Assembly: GCF_009914755.1 (NCBI RefSeq)
Contig: NC_060926.1
From: the human T2T-CHM13v2.0 reference genome, Homo sapiens
DNA: 64,000 nt
Direction: 5' to 3' (one strand)
Positions within the stretch are counted from its first letter, which is position 1. The number at the start of each line of letters is the position of its first letter. Positions 60,797 through 64,000 of this stretch are shown piece by piece. The position numbers and the translations under genes are program-made. The notes under the pieces were generated by a model. That model worked only from the letters and a program-made list of their open reading frames with translations, was not told the origin of the DNA and made no database searches.

Positions 60797-61608
60797 ATCT
60801 AAAGTATTCATTATCTACAAGGAAAATGAAGTAACAAATGAGCTGAAAACCCTAAAAATTAGGAAACAATTTATACATTGTATCCTTATTTCAGCCTCCA
60901 TTTGATCAGTACCATCTACATACATGTGACTTTGCCAAAACTGCCAGGCTTAGTGCTATTCTAGTACAGCAGCCTTGGGCCTGTAGACATTGCCCTTATG
61001 TGGACATGTGTGGTGGGATGGGTGATATCTCTGTGTAGACTCTGCTGCCTGTGGACAGCTCTGCCCTCAACTTGCTGTGCTCTCTGAGATTCCCACCATG
61101 GCCTGTGGGCATCGGGGCTTGACATGGGTACAGCTGATGCTGCACCATTCTTATCTGTGAAGGGTCTGACATCCTCATCACCAAAGGACCCCTCGACCTC
61201 CATCCCAGGCATTGCTGGAAATAAGCCAACAACTCTGGATCCTATGCAGAACACCTGCTACAATTATCTTAGATAACATGACAGTTACCTCTGATATGCT
61301 GTCAGTAAGTAGGTTCAGCTGACTTGGCATTGTTTTAGTTATATTTACCCCTAACCACACTGGTGTCACCAAAATTAGACTGCAATACCTTGACAGAATG
61401 TGTGAGACACCCTCCATGGAGCTTAGGAGACACCCTGGTCTCATGGAGCCACGTAGAGGCTCTCAGGGAGAACTGCTCCACTGTACTCTGTGTAACTCTG
61501 CTCACTTCCACTTCTGAAGTGCCATGTCCTGCCTGAGCAGCTGGCTCAGAGCCGATACCTGCCAGGCACTAATGGCACCCTCCATCCTACCTCTTAGGTG
61601 GCTTTTAG

Positions 61609-61950
<342 letters not shown>

Positions 61951-62395
61951 CAGTGGCAGCCTCTAGCCCTCAGCTTCCCACGGAATCAGATGGATCCTCC
62001 ACGATTACGTGAATAAAATGATGGAACCAAAAATCACTGTCACTTTACAACTTAGGTTTTACTCTTTTCTTTCTACAGACCATATTTTTAAAGAAATGTT
62101 TATACAATAATTTAAATATTTTTTAAAACCATAAAATAAATTTTTATAAGGAATACTGTTATATCTAAATTTAAACAGTATTTATTTTTTCAAAAACAGC
62201 TACTTAAGTTAATGGTATAGATTTCTATAAAAGCAAGATTTTGTCAAAAACTAAATTTATGATTATTCAAGAAAGTGAAAAAAACAACCTACAGAATGGG
62301 AAAACATATTTGCAAATCATCTAACTGATAAAGGTCTAGTATCCAAAATATTTAAATTTATGAGTGTTAATAAAATTTATCTTGTTCAATGAAGA
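61951..62395 (+). terminator. NPHP1: NPHP1 3'UTR with three AATAAA signals (62012, 62135, 62369)
   Basis: Hexamers read directly; the cleavage site (~62390-62395) is inferred from the distal signal. Confidence 0.7.
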
Positions 62396-63140
62396 GGAAG
62401 TTAAAGTGATCCATTTGAGAAAGTTGTATCACTTAATTCAGTCTGATACTTGAATGTGATTTACCCCTAATTAAGTACAAAAACAGAGTCGCTTTTGCCT
62501 TTTCAAATCAAGAAAATAAGTGCTCTGTCAAAAGCACAAAAAGAAACTTTCAGGCACTGGAGAGTGGAGTCGACTCACCCTTTCAGGCCTTGTTGCATCT
62601 CAGATAAACCTGTGACTGCTGGTAAAATAATGTCCCAAGCCTTTCCTTTTAGTGATAAACAGTAGCAGCCTGCGTTAATTGAGCACCTACTGTGTGTCTG
62701 AGCATTTCTCATTAGCCCAGTTAATCCTCACACCTACTGTAGGAGATAGGTACTGTTGTTTTTTATTACCGCCGAAGAAACAGGCCAGATAAGTGAAGTA
62801 ATTTGCCTAAGGTCACAGCTAATAAGTGGCACAGCTAATATTCCCAGTAAAGATACCATGTATAATTTTCTACAACCTAAGATGTTCTGCCTTATCGGGG
62901 CGAACCTTTTAGGATTCCATGTGAAAATAAAATATGAGGAAAAGTTTAACCTAAATAATTAGAATCCCATTAGAGGTACTTTTTTTTGATGGCATGCTGC
63001 CTTAAAAGAGCCATTTATTTTTAGAGATCTGTCATATTATGAAAGTTCTGGGCTATCTTAGCTAACTTATCCTAAACCCTTAACCTAAATTTAACTTGAG
63101 CCCCAGTCTCAGAAATTAACATGGTATGAAAGTGTTTCCA

Positions 63141-63440
<300 letters not shown>

Positions 63441-63851
63441 GAAAGTGTTCCCAGCCACAAATGTGACAAGTGAGAACTGGGCCTTGGAAAAGAGATTTCA
63501 TTCTCCAGGAACTCATTTCAGGAGATCTCTCCCTGTGCGTGCCCTTCTGCCCTCAACCACACAATACAAGGCTGAGTGTGGCAAACACCTTCCTTTTGCC
63601 CATCAGCTGCCTGGGCACACTTACAAAGTGGTGCCCCCACTTCTCTAGCACCGCGGCCCTCCCCAGCTCCTGCTCCCAGGGAGAGGGCTTTGCCTTTCAA
63701 ATGGAGGTGGTAAGTGTGCACAGAGACTTTTTGCTACTCTGTTACTGAGTTGCCTCCTCTTACTCTTAGTCCCCTGCAGTCCTGTTTTTGAAAGAACATG
63801 AGCCCATATCACTCCTCACTGTGAAAGTCATTTCTCTGTAGAAATGACTTT

Positions 63852-64000
63852 TAATTTCTAAGCTCCACCTTTTTATTTTTTATTTTTATTTATTTTTTGG
63901 GCATTTATTTATTTATTATTGATTTATAATTTCTAAGCTCCACCTTTTTATTTTTATTTATTTATTTTTGAGGCATTTATTATTTATTATTATTTATTTA
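63852..64000. repeat. ~75-bp tandem duplication of an AT-rich unit (TAATTTCTAAGCTCCACCTTTTTATTTTT...GGCATTTATT)
   Basis: Units start at 63852 and 63927; the second runs to the window edge. Confidence 0.8.

Noticed and set aside
60961-61444. Three overlapping minus-strand ORFs in intron 19
   Set aside because: No recognisable domain and mostly non-ATG starts; consistent with locally higher GC.

Overview
Human (primate) genomic DNA, AT-rich and repeat-dense. The + strand carries exons 3-20 of NPHP1 (nephrocystin-1, a ciliary transition-zone protein, 2q13). All 18 exons were placed from their AG/GT(GC) boundaries and join into one open frame, from ...CIQLKQAIDENK through the acidic-SH3-acidic region to ...GEMRKNAV* (stop at 61948-61950). 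Exons 1-2 and the promoter lie upstream of the window. Intron 2 holds an antisense ACTR1A processed pseudogene next to an old L1 that also contains a MER9 (HERV-K9) solo LTR. The other introns contain about 19 Alus, a complete THE1 provirus, MST/MER21/MLT LTRs, Tigger/MER/MADE DNA elements, L2/MIR remnants and a young 5'-truncated L1PA with an open RT frame. This is a known gene, and I see no evidence of a new protein-coding system. The best leads are at the RNA level: (1) exons 9-10 are bracketed by inverted Alus and would form a 183-nt stop-free circle with a strong-context ATG; (2) intron 12 holds a decayed copy of exon 14; (3) exons 8/9 form a GC-donor/GT-donor/NAGNAG splicing hub; (4) intron 16 holds an unexplained ~90-nt hairpin. 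Repeat subfamily names are from recalled consensus sequences, not from a database search.
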